A stretch of 30,970 nucleotides of DNA from Elusimicrobiota bacterium (GTDB lineage Bacteria > Elusimicrobiota > Elusimicrobia > Elusimicrobiales > UBA9959): the NCBI GenBank assembly GCA_027340875.1, contig DAIENX010000106.1, positions 1-30,970 of the forward strand. Reading direction: 5' to 3'. Below, piece after piece: positions 16,268 to 25,216 of this stretch; within the stretch, counting starts at the first letter, position 1; every line of letters begins with the position of its first letter. A program made the position numbers and the translations under genes. A model generated the notes under the pieces. The model did no database searches and was not told the origin of the DNA. It worked only from the letters and a program-made list of their open reading frames with translations.

Positions 16268-17167
16268 TCAGAGCGGCAGCACTTCCTTCCTCGCTGCGCG
16301 CCTGAAATCGAACTTGGCCAGTTCCCCCAAGGCCATGCCGGAGACTATCAGCAGGCCCCCGGCGGCCTTGATCCATAGGAATTCCTCGCCGCCCAGCGTC
16401 CACGCGAACAGGGCGGCGAAGACCGGCTCCAGCGTAAAGATTATACCAACCTTGAAGGGCTCGGAATGGCGCTGGGCGAGCATCTGGATGAAGAAGGCCG
16501 TCAGCGTGGGGAACACCGCCAGGAAGATGATGACGCCCCACGCGTTGACGCCTGCCACGGCCAGCGGAGCCCCCCGCAGCAGCGCCAGCGCGAAGGAGAT
16601 GGCCCCGACCATCCAGAACTGGTGGAAGACGAGCAGCACGGTGTCCGCCGACGCTTTCACGTACTTGTCGGTTATTATCAGGTGCACCGAGTAGGAGGCC
16701 GCGGCCACCAGCGTCAGCGCGTCGCCGACGTTGAAGCCGCGCACCCCGCCGGTAAGCAGCCACATGCCGCAGAGCGCCAGGCCGGCGGAGACCCACTGCA
16801 TCCGGCCCGGCCTCTCGCGGCGGAACAGGTAGAGGAAGACGGGGATGAAGATGATGAACAGGCCGGTTATGAAGCCGGAATTGGAGGCCGTGGTATGAAC
16901 GAGGCCGCAGGTCTGCGTAAGGTAGAGGGAGGATAGGAAAATGGCCAGGAAGAAGCCCTCCGCCATGTGCCGGGTCCGGTTCCGGCGCTTCAGCACCCAG
17001 GGCAGCAGCAGCGCTGCCGAGATGACGAAGCGTATCCCCACCATGACCACGGGGTCCACCGAGTCCAGCGTGCCCTTGGTGACGATGAAGGTGGAGCCCC
17101 AGATGGCTGCGCAGTAGAAAAGCCCTATGTCGGACCAGAGCCCGGCGCGCCGGGAGCGTTCGCTCAT
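16268..17167 (-). CDS. EamA/DMT-family transporter
   Basis: AIWGSTFIVTK, RFVISA, TTASNSGFITGL and IFTLEPVFAALF, with ten TM helices. ATG 17167 lies 6 nt after TATAAT. Confidence 0.92.
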   Translation of the reverse strand: MSERSRRAGLWSDIGLFYCAAIWGSTFIVTKGTLDSVDPVVMVGIRFVISAALLLPWVLKRRNRTRHMAEGFFLAIFLSSLYLTQTCGLVHTTASNSGFITGLFIIFIPVFLYLFRRERPGRMQWVSAGLALCGMWLLTGGVRGFNVGDALTLVAAASYSVHLIITDKYVKASADTVLLVFHQFWMVGAISFALALLRGAPLAVAGVNAWGVIIFLAVFPTLTAFFIQMLAQRHSEPFKVGIIFTLEPVFAALFAWTLGGEEFLWIKAAGGLLIVSGMALGELAKFDFRRAARKEVLPL

Positions 17168-17173
17168 GAACAG

Positions 17174-17224
17174 ATTATACTTTATAGCGCGGCGCGGACG
17201 GGGACGCGCCGAATTAAGTATACT
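17174..17224. promoter_or_regulatory. Divergent -10 boxes: TATAAT (minus, 17174-17179) and TATACT (plus, 17219-17224)
   Basis: Two near-consensus hexamers in the 84-bp gap between the divergent EamA and M20 genes. Confidence 0.55.
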
Positions 17225-17251
17225 TTCGGTACCGCTTTTCACGGAGGCCAC

Positions 17252-18490
17252 ATGAAAAAGAAGATCCTGGAGAAGATATCGTCCTACGAGAGCTACGCGA
17301 TAGAGCTGCAGCGCGGCCTGACCGCCATTCCGGCGCTGGCGCCGTCCAGCGGCGGCACCGGCGAGTACGACAAGGCCAAGTGGCTCGAGGGCGAGCTGCA
17401 GAAGCTCAAGTTCGACTCGATAGAGTGGGTGAACGCCCCGCAGAAGGAGGCCAAGAACGGCATCCGCCCCAACGTCATAGCCCGCTACAAGGGCAAAAGC
17501 TCGGCGAAGACGATCTGGTTCATGGCCCACCTCGACGTGGTCCCGCCCGGCGAGGCCAAACTGTGGAACAGCGACCCGTACAGGATGGAAGTGAAGAACG
17601 GCAAGCTGATAGGCCGCGGCGTGGAGGATAACCAGCAGGCCATCGTGTCGAGCATCATGGTAGTGAAGGCCATGATGGAGCTCGACTACCGGCCGGAATA
17701 CGACATAGCGCTGCTGTTCTGCGCCGACGAGGAGACCGGCTCCGGCTTCGGCGCCGACTACATAGCCGACAACAAGCCCGAGATCTTCGGGCGTGACGAC
17801 GTGTTCTTCGTGCCCGACTCCGGCGTGGAGGACGGCTCGCTGATCGAGGTGGCGGAGAAGTCCATCCTGTGGATGAAGGTCACGACGCACGGCAAGCAGT
17901 GCCACGCCAGCCGCCCGGGACTCGGCATCAACGCCTTCAAGGCGGCCAGCGAGCTGGTGACGAAATACCAGAAGCTCTACAAGAAGTTCCCGAAGAAGGA
18001 CCGCCTCTACGAGCCGCCGCTCAGCACTTTCGAGCCGACGAAGAAGGAGGCCAACGTGCCGAACGTGAACACGCTGCCCGGCGAGGACGTGTTCTACATG
18101 GACTGCCGCGTGATGCCGTGCTACCAGCTCTCGGAGGTCAAGGCCGAGATGCGCCGCATGGCCGACGAGGTGGAGGCGAAGTTCGGCGTGAAGGTCTCAT
18201 TCGAGCCGCAGCAGGAAGCGCAGGCCGCCCCGCCCACCGACCCGAAGGCGCCGATAGTGCTGGCGCTCAAGAAAGCCATCAAGGAAGTGCTCGGGGTCAA
18301 GGCGAAAGCCTACGGCATAGGCGGCGGCACGGTCGCAGCCTTCTTCCGCAGGCTCAACCTGCCGGTGGTGGTCTACTCCCGCCTGAACGAGAGCGCGCAT
18401 ATGCCCAACGAGTACTGCGTGATAGAGCACATGATGGGCGACGCCAAGGTCTTCGCGGTCACCACGCTGACCCTCTGCGGCGGGAAATAG
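17252..18490 (+). CDS. M20-family metallohydrolase (ArgE/DapE-like)
   Basis: MAHLDVVP, GRGVEDNQQ, ADEETGS, GKQCHASRP, GIGGGT and AHMPNE. SD GGAGG before ATG 17252. Confidence 0.92.
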   Translation: MKKKILEKISSYESYAIELQRGLTAIPALAPSSGGTGEYDKAKWLEGELQKLKFDSIEWVNAPQKEAKNGIRPNVIARYKGKSSAKTIWFMAHLDVVPPGEAKLWNSDPYRMEVKNGKLIGRGVEDNQQAIVSSIMVVKAMMELDYRPEYDIALLFCADEETGSGFGADYIADNKPEIFGRDDVFFVPDSGVEDGSLIEVAEKSILWMKVTTHGKQCHASRPGLGINAFKAASELVTKYQKLYKKFPKKDRLYEPPLSTFEPTKKEANVPNVNTLPGEDVFYMDCRVMPCYQLSEVKAEMRRMADEVEAKFGVKVSFEPQQEAQAAPPTDPKAPIVLALKKAIKEVLGVKAKAYGIGGGTVAAFFRRLNLPVVVYSRLNESAHMPNEYCVIEHMMGDAKVFAVTTLTLCGGK

Positions 18491-18502
18491 CCCCCCGGAC
18501 CT

Positions 18503-18542
18503 GCGCAAAAAGGCTCGGGCTACGGCCCGCGCCTTTTTGCGC
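18503..18542. terminator. Intrinsic terminator after the M20 gene
   Basis: GCGCAAAAAGGC-T-CGGGC-TACG-GCCCG-C-GCCTTTTTGCGC, with a C(UACG)G tetraloop and T5 tract. Confidence 0.8.
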
Positions 18543-18602
18543 CTATATAAATATCTTTTAGTATAATAGCGTAACCACGGAAGGGGCGCGGCAGGACCGG
18601 CC

Positions 18603-20102
18603 ATGCCGGCCCCGCGCGTCGTGTTTACGCCTATGTCCCTGACCTCGGACCGCACGCTGCCGAAAGGCGCAGAGCAGGAGACGGATCCCCGTCTTCCGCC
18701 TGTCGTCTCCTACACCCTGGCCAACGGCTTAAGGCTGCTTATCCTGGAGAAGAGGTTCGTGCCGACCGTTTCCTTCACTATGTTCTTCAAGGTCGGCAAC
18801 GCGGACTGCCGTCCAGGCAAGACCGGCCTGGCCCATCTCTTCGAGCACATGGCCTTTAAGGGCACCACGACCATAAATTCCGCCGGTTATGAACTGGAAA
18901 AGCCGGCCCTCGACCGGGTGGAGGCCGCGGCGCAGGCGCTGATAGCGGCGGAATCCTCCGGGAAGGCCTCCGCGGAGAGCCTGGAGGCCCTGCGCGAGGA
19001 GCTGGACAAGGCGCAGGAGGCCGCCGACGCCCTGTCGGTAAAGGACGAATACCTCAAGATCTACAATTCCCTCGGAGAGAGCGGCCTGAACGCGATGACC
19101 TCCGCTGATTACACCGTCTACGTGGTCTCGCTGCCGTCCAACCGGCTGGAGGCCTGGATGACGCTGGAGTCGGACCGCTTCAAGAACCCGGTCTTGCGCG
19201 AGTTCTACCGGGAGCGCGACGTGGTGCTCGAGGAGCGGCGGATGGGCGAATCCGATCCGAACCGCGTCATCTGGGAGGCGCTGCTCTCCTCCGCCTTCTC
19301 CGAGCATCCGTACCGGAACCCGACGATAGGCTGGCCGGAGGACATCCGGCGCCTCACCCGCACCGACGCGGAGCGGTTCTACCGGACGTTCTACACCCCG
19401 GACAACGCCACGCTGACCGTGACCGGCGACGTGGACCCGGCCGAGGTGATAGCGCTGGCGGAAAAACATTTCGGGGACTGGAAGCGCGGGACGGCGCCGG
19501 ACCGGAACTGCCCGGAGGAGCCGCCCCAGAACGGCGAGAAGCTGCGCGCCGTCCGCTTCAACGCCGCGCCGGCCCTGCGCATAGGTTTCAAGAACCCTGG
19601 CATGGACCACCCGGATATCTACCCGCTCATCATGGCGGGCGAAACGCTCTCCGGCGGCAAGACCGGGCGCTTCTACCGGAACCTGGTGGAGGGCAGGCAG
19701 CTGGCGCTCTACGCCTGGGCCGGGGCTTCCACCCCCGGTAACCGCTACCCCTCCCTCTTTGTGGTCGCGGCGGCCCCCAAGGCCCCTCACACCGCAGAGG
19801 AGCTTGACGCGGCCGTCATGGAGGAGATCGCCCGGCTGGCCGAAGAGACCCCAACACGCTGGGAGCTGGACAGGACGCTGAACAATTACCAGGCCGAGAT
19901 GATAAAGCAGCTCGAGTCCAATACCGGCCTGGGCATGAGCCTGGCCCAGAACGAGGCCATAATGGGCGACTGGCGCTTCGACTGGAAGGCCGGCGAGCAC
20001 CTGCGCCGCGTGACCCCGGAGGATGTCTCCAGGGCGGCAGCCAGGTATCTGACGCGCGCCAACCGCACGGCCGTGTTCCTCGGCGCGCAGGAGGCGGCAT
20101 GA
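18603..20102 (+). CDS. M16B zinc peptidase, catalytic subunit
   Basis: TLANGL, inverted zinc motif HLFEH, LNAMTS, ERDVVLEERR, HPYRNPTIGW and FYTPDNA. Start uncertain (18603 or 18633). Confidence 0.93.
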   Translation: MPAPRVVFTPMSLTSDRTLPKGAEQETDPRLPPVVSYTLANGLRLLILEKRFVPTVSFTMFFKVGNADCRPGKTGLAHLFEHMAFKGTTTINSAGYELEKPALDRVEAAAQALIAAESSGKASAESLEALREELDKAQEAADALSVKDEYLKIYNSLGESGLNAMTSADYTVYVVSLPSNRLEAWMTLESDRFKNPVLREFYRERDVVLEERRMGESDPNRVIWEALLSSAFSEHPYRNPTIGWPEDIRRLTRTDAERFYRTFYTPDNATLTVTGDVDPAEVIALAEKHFGDWKRGTAPDRNCPEEPPQNGEKLRAVRFNAAPALRIGFKNPGMDHPDIYPLIMAGETLSGGKTGRFYRNLVEGRQLALYAWAGASTPGNRYPSLFVVAAAPKAPHTAEELDAAVMEEIARLAEETPTRWELDRTLNNYQAEMIKQLESNTGLGMSLAQNEAIMGDWRFDWKAGEHLRRVTPEDVSRAAARYLTRANRTAVFLGAQEAA

Positions 20103-21472
20103 GGGGACCGCTGCCGGGAAAACCGCGCTTAGCCGTTCCGGCCGGGCTCGCCGTCCCGCAGCCGGCGGCCTTCAAGCCACCTAAAGGGACCAGGGCCGTG
20201 CTCTCCAACGGCATGGTCGTGCACATGCTGCGCGACGCGACATTCCCGGTGGCGCACCTGACCGCTTTCATCCGCGCCGGCAAGATCCACGACCCCGCCG
20301 GCAAGATAGGCCTGGGCGACATGGCCGCCGGCCTGCTGCGCGACGGCGGCGCCGGAGGGCTGGCCCCGGAGAGGATGGACGAAAAGCTGGAATTCCTCGG
20401 CGCCTCGGTGGAGAGCTCCGTGGGGATAGAGGAATCGCGCCTCACCCTGACCTCCCTCAGCAAGGACCTGGACGAGGTGCTGGACATCTACGCCGCCATA
20501 CTGACGGCCCCGGCCTTCGACCCGGAAAAGACCGCCATCAGGCGCGAGGAGCTGCTGGAGCTGATACGGCGCCGCGACGACGATACCGCCAGGCAGGCGG
20601 TGCGCGAGGCCCTGCGGGCCTTCTACGGCCCCGGCCACCCCTACGGCTGGCGGCCGGAGGAAGCGACGGTGCAAGCCGTCACCGGCGACGACATGCGCGC
20701 CTGGCACGCGGATTTCTGCAGGCCCGGCAACGTCATCCTGGCCGTGGCAGGTGACTTCGGCACCGAGGAGCAGCTGCTGGCCAGGCTGGAGGCGCGGTTC
20801 TCGGGCTGGAAAGGCGGCGCGGCCGCGCTGCCGGGCATCCCCCCGGTCGGCCTGCCGCGGGGAAGACGAGTCTTCCTGCTCCGCAAGGACATCCCTCAGG
20901 CGTCCGTGGTCCTGGTGCTCGGCGCGCTGAAACGGCACGACCCGAGGGAATTCGCCCTGATGGTGGCCAACGAGATGCTGGGCGGAGGGCTTTCCTCCAG
21001 GCTGACCTCGGAGATACGCTCGCGGCACGGGCTGGCCTACAGCGTCTACAGCTACCCGGTGAAGAAGCCGGACCACGGCTACCTGCTGGCCTACTGCGGC
21101 ACCAAGCCCGAAAGCGCCGGCCGGGCGGCGGCGGAGATGCTGCGCCAGTTCGACCTGATGGGTCAGGAGGAGCCGCCGGCCGAAGAGGTGAAGAGGGCGA
21201 AGGACGCGATAGCCAACTCCTTCATCTTCCGCTTCCCCACCCCTTTCGACCTTATCTCGGAGAGGGCCGCTTTCGAGTACTACGGCTACCGCGAAAGCGC
21301 GCTGGACGACTACGTGGACAGGATAAACGCGACCGGGCAGGCCGACGTGCAGGGCGTCTCGCGGGAGGTGCTGAGCACCGGCGACGCGCTGCTGCTGTTC
21401 GTCGGCGACCCGGACAAGTTCGACGCGCGGCCGGACGAGTTCGGACCGGTGACGGAGCTTAAGGAGGAGTGA
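20099..21472 (+). CDS. M16B peptidase, non-catalytic partner subunit
   Basis: VLSNGM, no HxxEH (GLGDMAAGLL), and LGGGLSSRL...IRSRHGLAYSV carrying the R/Y pair. ATGA overlap. Confidence 0.9.
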   Translation: MRGPLPGKPRLAVPAGLAVPQPAAFKPPKGTRAVLSNGMVVHMLRDATFPVAHLTAFIRAGKIHDPAGKIGLGDMAAGLLRDGGAGGLAPERMDEKLEFLGASVESSVGIEESRLTLTSLSKDLDEVLDIYAAILTAPAFDPEKTAIRREELLELIRRRDDDTARQAVREALRAFYGPGHPYGWRPEEATVQAVTGDDMRAWHADFCRPGNVILAVAGDFGTEEQLLARLEARFSGWKGGAAALPGIPPVGLPRGRRVFLLRKDIPQASVVLVLGALKRHDPREFALMVANEMLGGGLSSRLTSEIRSRHGLAYSVYSYPVKKPDHGYLLAYCGTKPESAGRAAAEMLRQFDLMGQEEPPAEEVKRAKDAIANSFIFRFPTPFDLISERAAFEYYGYRESALDDYVDRINATGQADVQGVSREVLSTGDALLLFVGDPDKFDARPDEFGPVTELKEE

Positions 21473-22299
21473 TGGGCATTTTTTCCGGCAAACCTGACAT
21501 TTCCGCGGTGATACCCGCGTACAACGAGGCGGGGGCCGTGGGCCCCACGATAGTCGGCATCAAGGAGGTGCTGGCCGCCGAGGGTCTCAAGTTCGAGGTG
21601 ATAGTCGTGGACGACGGCTCGTCGGACGGGACAGCCCAGGCCGCGGAAGCGGCCGGCGCCAGGGTCATACGCCACCCGGTGAACAGGGGCTACGGCCGCT
21701 CGCTGCTGAGCGGCATCCAGGCCGCCTCTCACGAGTGGATACTCATCATCGACGCCGACGGCTCGTACCCGCCCGCCGAGGCCGGCAAGCTGCTCCGCCA
21801 CATCCCCGCGTTCGACATGGTGGTGGGCGCCAGGCAGGGCAAGCTGTTCTGGGGCAGCTACGTGAAGGCCTTCATGCGCTGGAGCTATCTGCGTCTGGCG
21901 CGCTTCGTGGCCGGCGAGCACATACCGGACGCCAATTCCGGCCTGCGCGTCTTCCGCAAGAGCGCGGTGGCCGACATGCCGGTGATGTGCTTCGGCTACT
22001 CTTTCACCACCACGATGACGCTGTCTTTCCTGTCCGCCGGCAAGTTCGTGCGCTTCGAGCCGATAGAGTTCACCGACCGGGTGGGCCACTCCAAGGTGAA
22101 GCCGGTGCGCGACATCCTGCGCACGCTGCAGATCATGACGCAGGTGATGATCCAGTACAACCCGCTCAAGCTCTTCACGGCGCTGACGGCCCTGGCGCTG
22201 CTGTTCTGCTTCGCCTGGGGCGGCGCCGGGCTGATAACCGCGGCCGTGCTATTCTGCTGCGGCTGCGTGCTGGACGCCAGGCGCCACGGAGGCAGATGA
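21472..22299 (+). CDS. Glycosyltransferase family 2, DPM1/GtrB-like polyprenyl-phosphate glycosyltransferase
   Basis: VIPAYNE, VVDDGSSDGT, NRGYG, IDADGSY, PDANSGLRVF and a C-terminal hydrophobic segment. TGATG overlap; alternative GTG 21469. Confidence 0.92.
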   Translation: MGIFSGKPDISAVIPAYNEAGAVGPTIVGIKEVLAAEGLKFEVIVVDDGSSDGTAQAAEAAGARVIRHPVNRGYGRSLLSGIQAASHEWILIIDADGSYPPAEAGKLLRHIPAFDMVVGARQGKLFWGSYVKAFMRWSYLRLARFVAGEHIPDANSGLRVFRKSAVADMPVMCFGYSFTTTMTLSFLSAGKFVRFEPIEFTDRVGHSKVKPVRDILRTLQIMTQVMIQYNPLKLFTALTALALLFCFAWGGAGLITAAVLFCCGCVLDARRHGGR

Positions 22300-23540
22300 G
22301 CAGATTCGCCTGCCTCGGCCTCTCCGGGGGAAAGGTCGTAGCGGCCCTGTTCCTGGCCGCGCTGCTTGCCCGCGGTGCCCTGATCATAGGACTCCACACG
22401 CCTTTTACGAACCCGGACAGCTCCGACTACATCAGCCTTGCCGGGAATCTCCTCTCCTCCGGCTCCTATTCCATCGACGGCAAGCTGCCGGACTGCACCA
22501 GGCCCCCCGGCTATCCGTTCTTCGTAGCGGCCGTCAACTATGCCGGCGGTAAAATAAGCCTGAAGCGGACGGCCGCCGCGCAGGCGGCCGTGGATTCTTC
22601 CAGCGCGGTCCTCGTATACCTGCTAGCCCTGGAATTCATCTCTCCGCCATTCGCGCTGGCCGCGGGAATGGCCTACGCCCTGCACCCCGTTTTTGCCTGC
22701 TTCTCACGGCTGATGCTCTCCGAAAGCCTGTTCATGTTCTTCTGGCTGTTTTTCCTGCTGGCCGCCAGGAAGACGATGACCTCCGGAAGCATCGCCTTCG
22801 CGGCGGCGTCGGGAGCGGTGCTGTCGATGGCCCTGCTCGTGCGCCCTACGCATATCCTCTATCCCGTCGCCTTCGCCCCAGTCCTGTATTTCGGGGTAAG
22901 GGACCTGAAGAAATCGCTACTGATACTAATCGCGCTGGCGGCGGCGGCGCAGCTCGGCATCGCTCCATGGAAAGCCAGGAACAAGACCCTGTTCGGCATC
23001 TCGACCGTCACTACGGGAGCCGGCGTGGCGTTCTGGGCCGGCTCCCTGCCGGAATACCCGACGCGCGCGGACCTGTCCCCTGTCTGGCCGCGTGGTGATT
23101 TCAAGTCCCCTGAGGCTGACCGCGCCTTCATGCTGAAAGCCAAGGAAAACTGGGCCGCGCGCAAGTGGACCCTGATAGGCAAACTGCCGCGGCGACTGCT
23201 CCGGTTCTGGGTCACCAGCCACTCCTCGGTACTGAATTTCCCTCAGCAGGAGCAGGGCTCCCTAGCCTTCAAGGCCGCGAAGGCGGCCATGTTTGCCGTC
23301 CAGCTCCTGACGCTTCTCTTGGCCGCCGCCGGCGCCTGGTTGCTGCGCAGGCGCTGGCGCGACCTGCTTTTCCTGCTTATGCCTGCGGTTTATGTCTCGG
23401 GACACATTCTTAACGACTGGGGGCCGGCGCGCTATCATATTTCGGCCCTGCCGTGCCTGCTGATAGCCGGGTGCTGGGCGGCACAGGAACTGGCGCAGCG
23501 CAGATCAAAAGCGAGCAGCAGCGGGCCCGCGGAAGCATGA
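22296..23540 (+). CDS. Membrane GT-C glycosyltransferase (ArnT/PMT_2-like)
   Basis: TM1 followed by PDSSDY, then RPPGYPFF, MLSESLF, LVRP and ARY, with many TM helices. ATGA overlap and SD GGAGG. Confidence 0.85.
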   Translation: MSRFACLGLSGGKVVAALFLAALLARGALIIGLHTPFTNPDSSDYISLAGNLLSSGSYSIDGKLPDCTRPPGYPFFVAAVNYAGGKISLKRTAAAQAAVDSSSAVLVYLLALEFISPPFALAAGMAYALHPVFACFSRLMLSESLFMFFWLFFLLAARKTMTSGSIAFAAASGAVLSMALLVRPTHILYPVAFAPVLYFGVRDLKKSLLILIALAAAAQLGIAPWKARNKTLFGISTVTTGAGVAFWAGSLPEYPTRADLSPVWPRGDFKSPEADRAFMLKAKENWAARKWTLIGKLPRRLLRFWVTSHSSVLNFPQQEQGSLAFKAAKAAMFAVQLLTLLLAAAGAWLLRRRWRDLLFLLMPAVYVSGHILNDWGPARYHISALPCLLIAGCWAAQELAQRRSKASSSGPAEA

Positions 23541-23555
23541 AACGAGGAAGGACAA

Positions 23556-24314
23556 ATGATCACAGGTGAAAGACTGGTCCTAGACGACAAGAGCCGCGGG
23601 TTCGAATACGCCCGCCACGTGTTCGCTTACGAGTTCGCGGCGGCGCTGGCCGAGGGCAAGGAAGTGCTGGATATGGGCTGCGGCGAAGGCTACGGTGCGG
23701 CGCTGATGGCGGGCCGCGCTGCCGCGGCGGCCGGAGTGGACGTATCGGAAGAAGCGGTAAGGAACGCCTCGGCCGCCCACGGCGCGAAAAACCTCCGATA
23801 CATCCGCGCCGACGCGACCGCCACCGGCCTGCCGGCCGCATCGTTCGACGTGGTCTGTGCCTTCCAGGTCATAGAGCATTTCACCGACCCGGCCCCGCTG
23901 CTGACCGAGATGGCACGCCTGCTGAGGCCGAACGGACTCGCGATCATCTCCACTATAAACAAGGACGTGTCCGGCAGCGTCTTCAACCCGTACCACCCGG
24001 TAGAATATGACCGGGCCGGGCTCGAGGCGGCTCTCCACCCGCATTTCCGCGAGGTCCGACTACACGGGGTCATCGCCAACGAGCAGACGATGAACGAGAT
24101 GCGCGCGTTCAAGGCCAAGGCCTCGATGCTGATGCGGCTGGACATCCTGGGATTACGCCGGCTGGCGCATCTTGCGCCGGTAAGGAAGCTTTACGACGTC
24201 GCGGTGGTGTTGACAAGGCTGGTCTCAAAGGTGAAGACGGGGGATTACGCGTTCACCGCTACCGACTCCGAGCCGGAGAAAGGGATAGACTTCATAGCGG
24301 TCTGCGTGAAATAG
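23556..24314 (+). CDS. Class I SAM-dependent methyltransferase
   Basis: TGER, RHVFAYEFA, VLDMGCGEGYG, SFDVVCAFQVIEH and NPYHPVEY. SD GAGGAAGGA. Confidence 0.92.
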   Translation: MITGERLVLDDKSRGFEYARHVFAYEFAAALAEGKEVLDMGCGEGYGAALMAGRAAAAAGVDVSEEAVRNASAAHGAKNLRYIRADATATGLPAASFDVVCAFQVIEHFTDPAPLLTEMARLLRPNGLAIISTINKDVSGSVFNPYHPVEYDRAGLEAALHPHFREVRLHGVIANEQTMNEMRAFKAKASMLMRLDILGLRRLAHLAPVRKLYDVAVVLTRLVSKVKTGDYAFTATDSEPEKGIDFIAVCVK

Positions 24315-24318
24315 CCGC

Positions 24319-25212
24319 CTACTGTTTCCTGCGCGCCAGGACTTTCACGCGGCCGCCGAGCCCGGCCAGCGCCAATATGGCGTTCAGAGGGAAAAAGGCG
24401 GCCAGCAGCAGCGGGTTCTTTTCGTCGTCGCAGAGCTTCCACAGCCACTCCGGCAGCCCCATGCCCGACAGCCAGCCCCTCAGGCTTATGACCCAGGGGT
24501 TCGGCGCATAATCCCCGTACACGGAGACTATTTCCAGGCCGGCCTTGGCCAGCGCGGCGCGCAGCGTATCCATCGAGTAGGCATAAAGGTGCCGCGGCGC
24601 GTCGAAGCCGTCCCATGACGCGCCGAACAGCTTCTGTATAGGCGTGCCCGCCAGCGGCAGCCACAGGTAGAGCATTCCGCCGGGAGCCATCATCTCGTTT
24701 ATCTCTTTGAGCGAGGCCACCGGGTCCGGCAAATGCTCGATAACGTGCTTCAGTATCACCAGATCATATGGCCCGGCCGCAGCCGCGGCCGCGGGCGAAT
24801 CGAACATCCGTACGCCCTTCTCTCCCGCCAGCCGCGCGGCGAAGCCGGTGGGCTCGACACCACTTACCGAACAGCCGAAAGCGGACTTGAACGCCGCCGG
24901 GAAATCCCCCGTACCGCAGCCTATCTCCAGCACGGAAGACTCCGCCCGGAGGAAGCCGCGGAACTTGCGAGTCTCGGCACGCAATATGGCGCCGCGCACG
25001 GCGTTCAGCAGACCGCCGGAACGCCCGTAATAGGCGTCCGGGTAATAGCGCCTAAGCTCTTCGGCGTCAGGACGCGGGTTGATATAGAAAAGGCCGCAGC
25101 CGCATCTCACTACGGTATATTCGCCCTTGGCGAGACCCATGTAGAAATCCCGGCAGGCGAAGGCCTTCTCCGCCCCGGTGCCTCCGCAGTTGTTGCAGGG
25201 GACGTTTTCCAT
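24319..25212 (-). CDS. Class I SAM-dependent methyltransferase with N-terminal Cys-rich zinc-binding motif
   Basis: CNNCG...RCGCGL, VLEIGCGTG, HVIEHLPDP and PRHL. SD GGGAGG before ATG 25212. Confidence 0.9.
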   Translation of the reverse strand: MENVPCNNCGGTGAEKAFACRDFYMGLAKGEYTVVRCGCGLFYINPRPDAEELRRYYPDAYYGRSGGLLNAVRGAILRAETRKFRGFLRAESSVLEIGCGTGDFPAAFKSAFGCSVSGVEPTGFAARLAGEKGVRMFDSPAAAAAAGPYDLVILKHVIEHLPDPVASLKEINEMMAPGGMLYLWLPLAGTPIQKLFGASWDGFDAPRHLYAYSMDTLRAALAKAGLEIVSVYGDYAPNPWVISLRGWLSGMGLPEWLWKLCDDEKNPLLLAAFFPLNAILALAGLGGRVKVLARRKQ

Positions 25213-25216
25213 GCGA

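Noticed and set aside
16967..17905. Long mutually overlapping N-terminal extensions of the EamA and M20 ORFs
   Set aside because: Artefacts of longest-ORF calling; starts at 17167 and 17252 have promoter or SD support.
21735..22295. Apparent extension or frameshift fusion of GT2 and GT-C
   Set aside because: An ATGA overlap with SD GGAGG at 22296 explains two separate coupled genes.
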